DNA from: the human T2T-CHM13v2.0 reference genome, Homo sapiens
Reading direction: 5' to 3' (one strand)
Assembly: GCF_009914755.1 (NCBI RefSeq)
Contig: NC_060932.1
Length of the DNA stretch: 64,000 bases
The translations under genes and the position numbers were made by a program. Below are positions 32,060 to 58,146 of this stretch, piece after piece. Each line of letters begins with the position of its first letter. Position 1 is the first letter of the stretch. The notes under the pieces are model-generated. The model saw only the letters and a list, made by a program, of their open reading frames with translations, had not been told where the DNA came from and searched no databases.

Positions 32060-33690
32060 TCACTTTTGAAGAATAACTTCATGAGTATGGAATTGTAGGT
32101 TGATGTTTGCTTTTACCTCTCAGTAAATTCATTTACTTTGAATATTTTCCTTCTCTCTAGTCTTACTCACATGATTTCTGAGCAGAAGTCAAATGCAGTT
32201 ATTATATTTACATCACTATAGTTAAGATGTGTTTTATTCCTCTGTGTCCTTTCAGAATTGTCCTAAATCTCTGATTTTTCCTTAATTTGAAAATGATATG
32301 CTGAGGTGAACTTTTTTAGCATTAATCCTGGTTGGTGTTCTTTGAGCTTCTTAGATCTGTAGTTTGGTGTCTGACATTAATTTAGGAAAATTCTGTCATC
32401 ATTATTTCAAATTTTTTTTCTGCTTTTTTTTCTCTCATCTCTGTCTGGAATTCCCATTATGCATATTTACACTTTCTGTAGTTGTCCCACTGATTTTGGA
32501 TAATATATTCTGTTTTTTTTCAACCTTTGTTCCCTTTGCTTTTCAGTTTTGGAGGTTTCTATTGACAAATCTTCAACTCAGAGAGTCTTTCCCCAACTGT
32601 GTCCAGTCTAGTAATAAGCCCATCAGGGACATTCACAGTGTTTGTATCTCTAGCATTTCTCTTTGGTTCTTTCTTGGGATTTCAATCTCTCTGCTTATAT
32701 TTCCCATCTGTTCTTGCATACTATCTGCTTTATCCATCATATCCCTTAATATATTAAACATAGTTCTTTTAGATTTCCTATCTGATAACTCTAAAATCCA
32801 GGCCATCTAGTTCTGGTGTTAGCTCTTTCTCTTTAAAGTGTTTTGTGTCTGGGAGTATGCCTTATAATTTTTCCTGAGAGCTGGACATGAAGTAGTGTAT
32901 TAAGTAAACCACAGTAAATAGTTCTTTAGTATTGTGACAGTAAGGTTTTAGGAGATGAAACATTTTCTGTAGTTCTACAGTTAGATCTCAGTCTTATAGT
33001 GAGCCTGTGCTTCTGGACTGTAAGCCTTACAACTCTTTTTCCATTTTTTTTTCTCCCATCTTAGGTGAGGCAAGATGGTTAGAGTGGGCTGAAGTTTGGT
33101 ATTTCCATTCTCCCTCATGACAAGGTAGAGCAGGCTGGAGTTGAGTATTTTATTCCCCCAGTTTAGTTAGCCTTTGCTCAAACTGCAGTAGGTTAGTATC
33201 TGGTTAACTAATTTATCCTGACAAGAGATTAAAACAACAACAACAACAACAACAGAGTGTTCTAGTATATTTCAAAGTGGTCTCTTTTTTTTCTTCCCCT
33301 GCTGGAAGCATGAGGAAATTTTTCTCCTATATTTACTGTGGCTAAGCTCCTGGAGGTAAAACTTAGAAAAGGGCGGTGTCTGTTCTGACTAGGTCACCCT
33401 GGATGTATTAACAGAGACATGTTCACACCTAGTCTCCAGCGAGTTATCAATCATAGTTCAGGGTTTCCTACCTTGACACTGGTTCCCATTAAGGCCTCTG
33501 TTTTAATATGTGGTGATTCTCTGTATTTGCCTGCTTGTGTCTTCTATTCTGGGCACAGTGGTTTGCTCTGTGGATCTAAGAAGAGTTGTTATTTACTTAT
33601 TTTTTTGTTTGTTCAGTATTTTACTTTGTTTTTACAACAGAGTGGTGGCTTCCAAGCTTTTTCAATGTAGAATTGGACAGCAGAAGTCCC
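32060..33690 (-). mobile_element. Old L1M (L1MC/MD-type) 5'UTR plus ORF1, inverted relative to the adjacent ORF2 part
   Basis: T-rich antisense ORF1-like sequence; the reverse strand from 33690 starts gggacttctgct...aagcttggaagccaccactc...ctgaacaaac, like an L1M 5' terminus. Confidence 0.7.
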
Positions 33691-36205
33691 ATATTATTTT
33701 CAAGTGCCCATGTAATAGATACCCAATTGAGCCATATTCTTATCATAGCACAAACTTTAATACATTTAAGGAATTGAAATCTTGCAGAATAATGTATATC
33801 GTAACAACAGTGGAATCTAACTAGAAATGAATAATAGAAGATTACAGAAAAATCTGAAGCACTTGGAAGCAGAACAGCACATCCTAAATAATCCATGGGT
33901 TTAAAAGGAAGCTTCCAAGGAAATCTAAAATCACACTGAACTGAATGAAAATGAAAATACAAATTATAAATTGTGAGATAGAGCTAAAACAGTGTTGAGA
34001 GAGAAATTTATAGCATTGAGTACATCTTTAATGAAAGAGAAAATGTATTCAATCAATTATCCAAGCTCCCATCTCAAGATCCTAGGGAAAAATAAACCAC
34101 ATGACACAGAACAAAAATAAAAAAGTTAAGAGAGAAAATTAAGAAAACATAAATACTAAAACAATAAAGAAACATGATGAAAAAATCTGATACAAATATC
34201 ACTAAAACTTCCAAACCTCTAGAAAAACATAATAAAAAAGAGAGAAGACACAATATCAGAAATTAAAGAGAGGATATCACTACTGGCTCTATAGGCATCA
34301 AAAGAATAATACTAAGGATAGTAATGAACACATAAATACAAAAACTTAGTCAAAATAGATACCTACATTACACCTATATGATGTAGATTATTTCAACAGG
34401 GCTATGATTATTAAGAAAATTGAATTTATAATTTTCAATTTTTAAAGAAGTATCCAGGCCAAATTGGATTTGCTGGAAAATTCTATCAAACATTTAAAGA
34501 ATTAACAATGTTACACAATTTCTACTAGAAAATAGAAGACTAAACACTCCACAATTTTAGGAATTTAATATTACTCTGATACCAACATCAGACAAAGACA
34601 GTACAAAGATAGAAAACACATATCAATATGCCTTATAAGAATGGACTCAACAGTCTCTCACAAAATATTAGTAAATGGAATTAGTAATATATAAAAAGAC
34701 ATTCACCATGAACAAGCAGGGATTTTTCCATGAATGTAAGCTTAGTTCCATATTTGAAAATCAATCAATATAATCCATAGTATAAACCAAAAAAGAGAAA
34801 TTACATTACCGTAAGAAATAACGTAGAAAAAATTGACAAATTTAACACAAATTTGTGATAACTCTCAGAAAATAGAAATTGAGGGGAGCTACCTTAACAC
34901 GATGAACAGTATCTACAGAAAGCCTGGAGCTTATGTTATGCTTGATGATATAACACTGTTTTTCCCCTAAGATATGGAATGTAGCAAGGATGTCTACTGT
35001 GAAATTCTTATTCATAATAGTGTTGGACAATCAATACAAAAGATAAGGAAATAAAAGTCCTACAGATGGGAAAAAAAGAAACAAAACTGTTCTCAATTTC
35101 AGATGGCATGCGTTTCTAGGAAGAAAATCTCAAGGAATATACAAATATAAATTATAGAACTAATATCTTATCTCCTGCAACCTTCAGTAAAGTCACCAGA
35201 TATAAGATAAACATTTAGACATCATATTTAAATATATTAGCAATAAATACATGACATCAGTATTTAAAATGTGATATTACTTACAATCACTAAACAAAAT
35301 TTGAAATAACTCTAAATCTAACAAACCATGTACAGGGCTTGTATGCAGATAAATACAAAATACTGATGAAGCAAGCAAGGAAGAACTACATAAATGGAAA
35401 GATATGTGTGTTTAGAGATTGAAGGAATCAACATATTGAAGATGTAAATTCTCCCTCAAGTTAACATACTGATTTAGCACAGTTCTCATCAAAATCCCAG
35501 CAATACTTTTTGACATATAGGTAATATTATTGTAAAATATATCTGTATAAGACAAAATATTAGAACAGCTGAAACAATTTTGGTGTGTAAAAATAAAGTG
35601 GGAGGAATCAGTCTATCTGGTTTTAAGACTGATTAGATAGTTGTAGTATCCAAGGCTGCATGAAATTTTTGAAGAGAGAGACACACAGATCAAGAGAAAG
35701 GATAGAAAACCAGAAATAGACTTATGCAAATTCTGCTCAAGTGATTTTTTTTTTTTTGCAAAAGTGAAAAGGAATTCAAAGGAAAAAAGATAACATTTTA
35801 AACAAATAGTGTAGGGGTGACTGGACATCCATGATGAAATAAATAAAAGAATTAATTTTTAGAAATTTTGCCTCACATTTTATACAGAATTAAAACAAAA
35901 TGTATCATAGACTTAAATGTAAAATGTAACACTATAACATTTTAGATAAAAATTCATCTTCATGATATGAGATCAGGTGATGAGTTTTTTAATTTGACAA
36001 CAAAAACAGGATTCATAAAGGAAAACTGATTATAATTTGACCTTATCAAAATTAAACAAATTTAATGTGAAAAATCCTGGCAAGAGGATGAAAATACAAG
36101 CCAGAGATGCGTAGAAATACTTAAAAAACACATATCTAACAAATGGGCTAGTTTATAGCATGTGTAAATAACTCTCAAACTCCCTAGCATAAAAAGAAAC
36201 AATTC
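33691..36205 (+). mobile_element. Old L1M ORF2 region (EN through C-domain), degraded
   Basis: A-rich sense ORF2 landmarks: gagagaaatttatagcattga, ccaggccaaattggatttgctggaaaattctatcaaac, agacttaaatgtaaaatg. Confidence 0.85.
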
Positions 36206-36206
36206 C

Positions 36207-36498
<292 letters not shown>

Positions 36499-38431
36499 TC
36501 AATCTTCTCCTAGTAAGAAAGTGATTGAAGGTGGTAACAGAAGAAATAATCTTGGGAGATAAACTGAAAATATTAACTGCTTTATGTTCTTAGTCAAAAA
36601 TTCAGAATTTACGCAGCATGCTAATCCCTATAGATTTTCTGTTTGAACAAAAGTGACAATGATCTAATCTTTAACAATACTCAAAAATGTTACAAAACTC
36701 CTTTTATTCAAAAATCTACTTTGCAATTGTTTCTAAATGATTTCCAAAAATCCTGTCAGTCGTTAACAAGAGTAAATCTTAAATACACATAACTTTATAC
36801 TATCTCCTTGCATTATGTTCTTTCGATTTGACATTCTGAGTGTCAGAATGATTTAACTTAACATAAATTACATCAGGAATATTTTTATATTGTACTTGGT
36901 TGTTTACATATTAATGACATTGACACAAAAAAATACTTGTTTTAATTCAATCTTTGTGAAAAGACATTACTCCAAAAGGATATTGACCTTCCACTTGCTA
37001 TCTAGGGTGACGTCTGCAGTAAAGATTTGGGGAATGGCCATTTCCTTAAATGCTGGCTGGCCTTAATGCACCCTCAGATATTCTATGTCCCATAATAATA
37101 GCCAAGGTATGGGAATGGGATTTCTAATATGTAGGGTAAGAAAGGATGACAGGTCTGCTTTACTAGTAGGAGAATCTCATTTTGGGTAGTGGAGGATATA
37201 AAAGGAAAATTAATCCAGACATTAGAAACTTGGAAGATTTCATTATTGTAATGAAGCCAACATAGGAAATGTGCTACATTAATCCTGCTGAGGTTAAATA
37301 TTTCTGAGAAAATGTGTGTATTTCAGGAAAAAATCTTCACTGAAAATACTTTAGAGTCATTTCTTAATTGTGCCTCTTCTCATCCATTAGATGGGAGTGA
37401 ATATTTAATTCATTTAATGGATTAAAGTACCAATACCAGTAAAATACCAATAATCTATATTAGGGATTTTAAAAAGTGGATAGTAAAGTTCATATGTAAA
37501 AACAGATAAGAAGAGCTCAGAAAACACTGTAAGAGAAATCTGTGAAGGGGGATTTGCCCTAAAAGGTAAAAACAAACCAATACAAAATCTGTATAATAAA
37601 GCCAGTGTGGTATCAGAGCAGAAATAAACAGACCAGTGGAATAGAATAGGAAGTCTGTAAATAGGCTTATGTGCATATGTCACTTTTTTTATAAGGGATA
37701 AGTGGCATTTCAAATCACTAACATAAAGATGAGCATTTAATAAAGGGTGCTGGAGCAACTGGGTAGCCATTTAGAAAATGATAAGGTTAGATGTACATCT
37801 AACATCATAGACAACAATAAGCTCCAAATGGATGAGGAATAAAATGTAAATTAAAATCATAAAAGTGTGAGGAAAAAAAGATGGGTGGATTTGTCTCTGA
37901 ACTTGGTATAGGGAAAATGTTCCTAAGGATAACTCAAAATCAGAAGCAATCAAATAAAAGATTAATGTATTTTACTACATAAAACTATTTAAAATGCATG
38001 CCCCAAAGACCGCAAGAACAGTCAAAAGATAACTGAAAAACAGAAAGTATATGTAACATACACCATGGTTGAAGGGCTAACATCACCATTATATAAGGAA
38101 TTCCTAAATGTTAAGGGACAGAGTAGTAAAACTTAGAAAAATGGAAAACCAAATATTATCAGACAAATGATAAATAAATATTTTAAAATAACCTTCAAAA
38201 AGGTAAAAAGTAAAAACTAAATCATAGTAAGGAAAATGTTATTTAAAACAAACTAAGATACTATTTTCTATTTATTATATAGGTGAAAATTTAAAGTGTC
38301 CTGTTGGTGAGTCTGGAGAAACAGGTACTCTCACATATTGCTGGTAGAAATGATCATCAGTCTAAAAGTGTAAAAGGGACATTTGAATACACACACATAC
38401 ATGTATTTCTCTCTTCTCTCTTTCTCTCAAT

Positions 38432-38481
38432 GATAGATAGATAGAGAGATAGATAGATAGACAGATAGATGAATGATAGAT
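38432..38481. repeat. (GATA)n microsatellite
   Basis: Directly visible. Confidence 0.85.
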
Positions 38482-38789
38482 CTATATTCTTGCTTTCTGA
38501 CCAGGAATCCCACTTCTAGGAATCTACCTTAAAGACATACCCCAGTAATACGGAAATACATAAGCCTAAGATCATTTGTGTTTTATTCACAATCACAAAA
38601 TATTAAAGACAACCTAAATGACCATACTTAGGAGAGTGGTTGAATAAATTATGGCACATCTACACAAAAGAGTTTTTGGCATGAGGGCAAGCTCTACGCA
38701 CTGAGCCGGGTCCATGTATAGGATATGTTATTAAGTGAAAAAAGTAAAATGCAAAAGAATGTTTGCAGTATGCTACCTCTCATGTAAAA

Positions 38790-39075
38790 AAAAGGAGTTT
38801 ATATATTTATATGGTTCCATTTATGTGAAGTGTTCAAATTAGTCACACTGACAGAATAAGTAGATTTGTAGTTACCTAGAGCTGGAGTGGAGGGGATGGG
38901 GAGTGGATGTTAAATGGCTACAAGGCCATTTTGGGGGAAGATGAACATGTTCTAATTAGATCATAGGGATGCTTAGACAACTCTGCTAATACACCAAAAT
39001 CCACTGAATTGTATAGACTTTGCAGAAGTAAAGTTCATGACATGTAGATTATATAGTACTAATAAATGTTCTAAA
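38790..39075 (+). mobile_element. Nested L1MB/ME 3'-end fragment
   Basis: atggttccatttatgtgaagtgttc...gttacctagagctgg...ccactgaattgtata...aataaa. Confidence 0.6.
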
Positions 39076-39285
39076 ATTTAGAAAAAACAGAGGATTTAAG
39101 AAAACATATATGTATCAGATTTTTTGTGCCAAAAAATATAGGGAGGAAAAATCACACTTTAAAGAGATTGATTACCTATTGAGGGGATGGAAATATAGGA
39201 GAAGAGTGAAAACAAAGGGAGAAATAAATATAGAATATTAGGAATGAAAAGAAACTATCACATTTCTGAATATACATGGGATATG

Positions 39286-39702
39286 GGATATAGTTTGGAT
39301 CTTTGTCTTCATCCAAATTTCATGTTGAATTTTCACCCCTAATGCTGGAGGTAGGACCTGGTGGGAGGTGTTTGGATCATGGAGGTGGAGCCCTCATGGC
39401 GTGATGCTGTCTTCATGATAGTGACTGAGTTCTCATGGGATCTAGTGGTTCAAAAGTGTGTGGCACTGCCTTCCCTACCACACTCTCTCTCTCTCTTGCT
39501 CTTGCTCCTGCTCTTTCCATGTGACATGCCTGTTCCCGCTTTGCCTTCTGCCATGATTGTAAGCCCCCTGAGGCCTCCCAGAAGCAGAAGCCGCTATGCA
39601 TCCAGTGGGGCTTGTAGAACCATGAGTCAATCAAACCTCTTTTCTTATAATTTACTCAGTCTCAGGCATTTCTTTATAGCAATACGGTAATAGACTAGTA
39701 CA
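39286..39702 (+). mobile_element. MST (MaLR) solo LTR
   Basis: gatatagtttggat... to ...tagactagtaca; 5-bp TSD atatg on both sides. Confidence 0.9.
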
Positions 39703-40882
39703 ATATGTTTGTATATTTTTGACTTGTAGAACTATAGTAGTTGTTCACATACTTGAAAAATAAAAGAATAAATAAAATCAACCACAATATGTGGGAAGTA
39801 CAAAATCAAATACAAATATTAAAAATGAAACTAGCTGTATTACAAACGAAAAACATAAGCACACAAAAATTTGGGAAAAAGTGAACTAACCTAAATAATT
39901 TCAGGAAGCAATAGTTTTTGACTGGATATTCTAATGCTAAAGATGAAAATAATTATAAATAAATATTGAGCTCTAGTTAGTAAAGTTGTTTCTCAGAGGG
40001 TTATGTGTAGGTGATTCTGAAACCATGTGTAGACTAGGATTAATCAAAGAATAAATGTATTGGAAGTAATTAGAGCTAAGTGTCTCAATATTGAAGAAAG
40101 AATTAAAAGAAAGGGAAGGTTAGAAAAAACACTATTTTGGTGGAATGGCATTATAGTTGTCAGTATGAACTCTTGGTTTATAATATACACATACATAGGT
40201 AGATATAGAAATAAATATAGCTGTATAACAATGTGTGGATTAGTATTTATATCTCTGTTTCTATCTACTGAATCTATTTCTCTATCTCTATATCTATCTT
40301 TCTATCTATCTACATATAATCTATCTATTTCCTAGGTCTATATGCTAAAAGGGCCTAGGAAAATGATGTCCTGGTAGCAATGAGGACACCAAACAGAGAG
40401 CTCTTTGTTTCTAAGTATCATTCTCCACTTCAAAATGAAGAAACAACAACAATAAACCAGAGATTTGTGGAGAAGTGGTTGATCTAGACCTAGCACTAGG
40501 AAAGTATGAGATGAGCCTGGAAATTAATTGTTCATAAAGAATAAGGAAATGTCAAAACCTGACAGAGATCCCATTGGCCAAACCAGGCACAATCTGAGCA
40601 ACAAAATAAGTACTGACAGTGTTGGATTATAACTCATAAAATAGAGGTCCATGAATTGGTCATAACTTAACTAAATAATGGAATAAATGAATAATTCATC
40701 CTACAAAAGAATTCTAACTAATACATATAGAAGGCACAAGGGAGATACAGAAATCATCATTAAGTAATCATTAATGCAGGCAAGATCCACTGCTGAATGC
40801 TAATGTGAGTAAACAGAAGTATGAGGAAAAGCAAAATATTTGAATAGTCTCAAAGTACCTATCTCAAGATATGTATTAGTTA

Positions 40883-41254
<372 letters not shown>

Positions 41255-41624
41255 TTAACATCACCAGTAACAAAACATCTATATTTCACAAATCCTAATA
41301 TGGTACACTGAAAAGGGAACACCTCTGTTGTATTCTCATATCATCATCCCAACCACAAGTAAATAAATAAAAGCAAGAAGCATAACCTCAATATAATCAT
41401 GAGAAAACATCAGAGAAACCCAAACTGAGAGACATTTTACAAAATAACTGAGGAGTACACATAAAATGAGTCAAGTCATAAAAAGACAAGAAAAAACCTG
41501 GAGATTGTGTCAGAAATTGGATAAGACTAAGGAGACACTACTAAACACAACATGGGGTATTGATTTATATCCTGAAACATGAGAAGATCTTAGTGGAAAA
41601 AGTGGTAAAATTCAAATAAGACAT

Positions 41625-42112
41625 TGCAGTGGGATAATTAAGGAATCAGAGAGACCGAGGGGTTGAGGAGGAATTATTTAATTATTTATGTGCAACAACT
41701 CAGTTGGATTAACATCCAAAGGACTGAGCCCCAAACAAAGAGTCCGGTTACCTTTTAAGCATTTTGGGGTGGTGGTGGTGGGAGATCTGTGCAGGGGGAA
41801 GCATATTACAGAAGTGAGAAACAAAGACAGTTATTCAATTAAGACATGCATTACATCATTTCTTACTTTTCAAGGAATAGCATGTTTTACGACTTGAGTT
41901 TATCTGCCTAGTGACCTTGCAGCTGCACAGCTAGAGAAACAAGGTCTTCACAATGCCTGGGAAGGGGAGAGATAAGGCTCACTAGCCACAGAAAAGCAGG
42001 CAGTTAATTTTAAAGGACTCCAGCTCTTTCTCTTCTTCAGGGGGAATTGGGTTTTCTTACATACAACTGAGTTTTTGCTTACATTCTTTAATTTGTTTTA
42101 ATTCCTGTTCCA
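41625..42112 (-). mobile_element. ERV1 solo LTR, LTR15-like
   Basis: TG...CA ends; exact 4-bp TSD ACAT (41621-41624 and 42113-42116); the reverse strand starts tggaacaggaattaaaacaaattaaagaatg. Confidence 0.8.
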
Positions 42113-43514
42113 ACATGTTACTTGGTCAATACTGCTGAACCAATTTAATTTTCCTAAATGTATCTTTGTTATGTAAGTTGCTACCATGAGGAGCAGTGAG
42201 GTGAGGGGTACACATGAATTCTCCTTATTAACTTTGCAACTTTTCTGTAAACATAATATTATTTCAAAATAATAATAATAAGAAGAATGAGGTGCTTTTT
42301 ACATTTTGGAGATTCAAAAGTTGAGCAAAGAAAAGGGAATGCAAACTGCCCAAGCTGAAACAGTTGTCCATCCGTGATTTAAAATCCAAAAGCCTGAATT
42401 CAAAAGCCATTGTCCTAAAACATTCACACAATGTTTAGAATGATGAAGGCACTCAATAACTGAAGGCATTTATAAATTCCAATACCTAAAACTACATAGA
42501 AATTTCATATGAACCGGAGAGCAGTTTTCACTGGGTGTCAGTGGAAATGCAGTGAGAGGTTTTGTGGTGGTCCAAAATTACTTGAAGCATTGGCAGTGGG
42601 AAAGGGTCAAGAATGTGAATAGCTCTTCAGAGCATGGAAAGATGAGCATAACAACAATAAACACATCTAAAGACCAATTGTGAATTGTGAATCACCAACT
42701 GGGGAACACTGAGGAACCAAGAAAGGCATTCTAAATCTGAAAAAGTTGAGTTTGTTTATTAGATCAACACAGACAAATATGTGTAGTGTTTCCAAAGGTA
42801 GACTAGCAAGGTGCTGTCTTCTTGCTGAACTTTAAAGCTAATTGTCAGATGCTAAAGTTTGGAGTATATAATTTGTATTCAATTTAGTTACATGTTTGGA
42901 GAAAAGATTGTCAATTATTATGATTATTCCTTAGTATTTAATAAAATAATAGGTGATACTTTTATTTGGCCCATATTTGTATATTAAAATTAGACATCTA
43001 TAATTGAATCAGACCTCAAACCTATATTTTGATTATTTAATCTAAATGTTTTCCAATCGGAAAATGTTACTTTTTCTTCTCATCTTATAGCACATGGAAA
43101 AAGCACCACACTACCCTGACAAAGACGAGAAAAGGAACTCAAGGTGCCTCAGTGATGCAGAATGTTATCTTCATGCAATCAGGTTCCCTTCGCAGGTGTG
43201 CTGTTTGTGGGATTCACTGTCAGCTCCCATTAATTGTATCTCCTATATTCCTTGTAGATGGTTCCCTCAATGGTGACAGCTTGTTTTAGCAGTAGTCCTA
43301 TTAACAGCGACTCTCACAAGAAATATCCTCTTCAATTGAAATGGCTTCCATTCAGAACAACTCTTAGTTTTGGCATTCTGTTCTATCCATAATGAATATA
43401 GCTTTCCCCAACTAGCACTCCAAGCAACATGTGTCATATCTCCAGTGTCTCTCACCTCCTTACACATGCCTAATTTCTTCACAGTTAACTCTCGCTACTC
43501 CAAATGGATACTGT

Positions 43515-43633
43515 AGAGTCTTTTAGAAATGCAGAATCTCAGGCTCTATGCTAGATTTGCTAAATCAGAGACTGCATTTTAACAAGATCCCCACATGATT
43601 TATTTGACCATCAGTTTAAGATGCACTGACCTA
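43515..43633 (+). mobile_element. MER5 (hAT-Charlie) fragment
   Basis: agaaatgcagaatctcaggc...aatcagagactgcattttaacaagatcccc...tttaagatgcactg. Confidence 0.75.
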
Positions 43634-44277
43634 GGTGAATCAGTGTGGCAGTTTTAGTACCATATTCAAAGGCCAGCTCATATTGGGGTCCCTGAAAAGT
43701 TTTTCAGCGACAGCCTGCTGCAAAACTTCTACAAACTATGCAGAAAGACTCTAGACTAACCAGATATTCAAAAAAATGTTCTAATCAAAATTCCTTACAT
43801 GTCATTTAAAACTTGATTTTTAGGCCATTATGTAAATACCTATGATTTTACTTTTTGTAAAAAAATTCTGAAAGATGCCATCACAAAATGTGTTTGCTTG
43901 CACTAGACAATAAGCTCTTTCAAGACCAGTGTACATGAGTTACTGAGATAGCTGAATATAAAATACTGATTTGGAAGGACCTTCAAAGATTTTGTTATAT
44001 ATTGCTTCCACTTTCTGAAGATGTTTTAATACTTAGTGGGCATTTGGAAAAGACCTTCAAATAGTCACCTCACTCAATTATTAATTATTTAATGTACACA
44101 ACAGATTTACTTCCAGTCAGCCATGCTTTTATTATCTCCTTAAAAATATTATTCTATATTATCCAGAATATTTGATTCTTCTCATAGACATATTTTAAAT
44201 CTTTAAGACTGTGAATTCAATTGAAGTCTATCCAATTGGAATAATAATTAGGATTTCTCCTTAAGAAACTTACGCAT

Positions 44278-50698
<6,421 letters not shown>

Positions 50699-51096
50699 TT
50701 GTTAAATTTTCGTAACAACCTATTGAAATAAGGCAGCAAAATCCTCACTTTGTAGAAGAAGACATTGAGCCTATGAGAAGTAGGTTCTCCAAGAACAAAT
50801 AGCTGTTCATTATGGAGCTAGGCCTTATGCAGAGTTGGGACACTTTCTATTATGTCAAGCTAAGGCAAGTTAATTTACTGAGTCACAGTGCCCTCGATTT
50901 ATGAGTATTTCACCTTTTTTTCTCTTTAATTAGAAGCTTATTGAGAAGCTTGTGGAATGTAGGCGTAAGTGTATTGGATAATTAAAGTTTTGATATTCTG
51001 ATATTGTTGGAACTACTTGAAGAATTTAACATTTGGTAAGTATTTTTCATATGAGTATTAAAATAGTAATTTTACTTATTATATGTTTATACATAG

Positions 51097-51167
51097 AATT
51101 TGTCAATTACTTTCTGACTACAAAGACAAACAGATACAAAAAAGCCGTTCTCTCAACAGCAATCCAA
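51097..51167 (+). pseudogene. 71-bp post-ankyrin exon, POTE/ANKRD26-like
   Basis: acatag|A ATT TGT...AAT CCA A|gtaag; translates [23 protein letters not shown] versus recalled POTE [23 protein letters not shown]. Confidence 0.88.
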
Positions 51168-51198
51168 GTAAGACTTCTGACAGTGAATTACTCTAGGT

Positions 51199-51722
51199 CA
51201 GTGGTTCCCACTCTTTTTGGCACCAGGGACCGGTTTTGTGGACGACAATTTTTCCATGGACTGGAGGAAGGAGGGGATGGTCTTGGGATGATTCCAGCAC
51301 ATTACATTTATTGTGCTACTTTATATTATTATATTGTAATATATAATGAAATAATGATACAACTCTCCATAATGTAGAGTTAGTGAGATCCCTGAACTTG
51401 TTTTCCTGTCACTGGATGTTCTCATCTGGAGGCAATGGGAGAAAGTGACAGATCATCAGGCATTGGATTCTCATAAGAAGCACACAACCTAGATCCCTAG
51501 CATGTACAGTTTATAGCAGGGTTCATGCTCCAATGAGTATCTAATTCTACCTCTGATCTGACAGGAGGTGGAGCTCAAGTGGGAATAGGAGAAATGGGGT
51601 GTGGCTGTATATACAGATAAAGCTTTGCTGGCTTACCTGCCACTCACCTCTTGCTGTGTGGCCTGGTTCCTAACAGGCCATGGGCTGGTACCAGTTTGTT
51701 GCCCAGGAGTTGTGGACCCCTG
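51199..51722 (+). mobile_element. MER1A (hAT-Charlie) DNA transposon
   Basis: cagtggttccca...ggacccctg termini; 524 bp; 8-bp TSD ctctaggt/cgctaggt. Confidence 0.9.
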
Positions 51723-52093
51723 CGCTAGGTGGTCCTACCATAGATAAGAAAGTAAAAGTAAGGAAGTTTTTATCACAAAAAAAAAACAGTTTGAAAAATC
51801 ACTGTGTATAAATTGCATGTATATATTTTACAATTTTTTTTGAGAGTAGGTTCGATTTCAGAATTATTTAAAAATTTCATTTTAGGTGATTTATAATTTC
51901 AAATATCTGAAAAATTTAATTATGGTCTCTAAAATCTTGTATAATATTTTTATGTAAATAAGAAAAACACAAGTTAGTACATGGTATATCTTTTTTACGG
52001 TCACATGATAACAAATTGGACTTGTTATACAATTGAATCTTCTATTTAATTATTTAAATAAATGGTTTGCTTTGAGCAAATGAATGTTAATTA

Positions 52094-52506
52094 CAGTTGA
52101 CCCTTGAACAGTGTAGGACTTAGGGGTACCAATCCTCCATGCAGCCAAAAATCTATGTATAACTTTTGACTTCCCTCATAACTTAACTACTAATAGCCTA
52201 CTGTTGACCAGAAGCCTTATTGGTAACACAGTCAGTTAAGATGATATTTGGTGTGTTATAAGTATTGTATGTTGTATTTGTACAATAAACTGGAGAAAAG
52301 AAACTGTCGGGAAGAAAAAATATAATTAATATCAAGTGGAAGTGGATCATCATAAATGTCTTCATCCTTAATCTTCAAGTTGAATAGGCTGAAGAGGAGA
52401 AAGAGGGAGGTTGGGCTTGCTGTCTGAGGTGACAGAGGTAGAAGAAAATCTGCATATGAGTAGTAGACCCCTACAGTTCAAGCCTGTGTTGGTCAAAGGT
52501 TAGCTA
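52094..52506 (+). mobile_element. Tigger2a-like (TcMar-Tigger) element
   Basis: TA|cagttgacccttgaaca ... tgttggtcaaaggttagcta|TA inverted termini. Confidence 0.85.
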
Positions 52507-52670
52507 TATTACACTGAGGTTTGTGTCACTAAAAAAGTAACTATCTTTAAAAGTGGAAACTCAGCAATACCTTTCTAATACCATAAGCAAATGAGAATGA
52601 GAACTGCAAGACTTAGTCAGTGTGCAGCAACACCAATGAGAAATTATTTTTTTTAAAGATACCTACAGAA

Positions 52671-58146
<5,476 letters not shown>

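Noticed and set aside
32364-32810. 148-aa hydrophobic ORF that looks like a membrane protein
   Set aside because: It is the T-rich antisense strand of an old L1 ORF1.
43267-43482. 71-aa minus-strand ORF near the block boundary, considered as a possible ankyrin exon
   Set aside because: No ankyrin motif, and it is on the wrong strand relative to the pseudo-exons.
50933-51035. Possible extra exon (polypyrimidine-ag ... gtaag) just before the 71-bp exon
   Set aside because: No similarity to family coding sequence that I can recognise; at most a cryptic exon.
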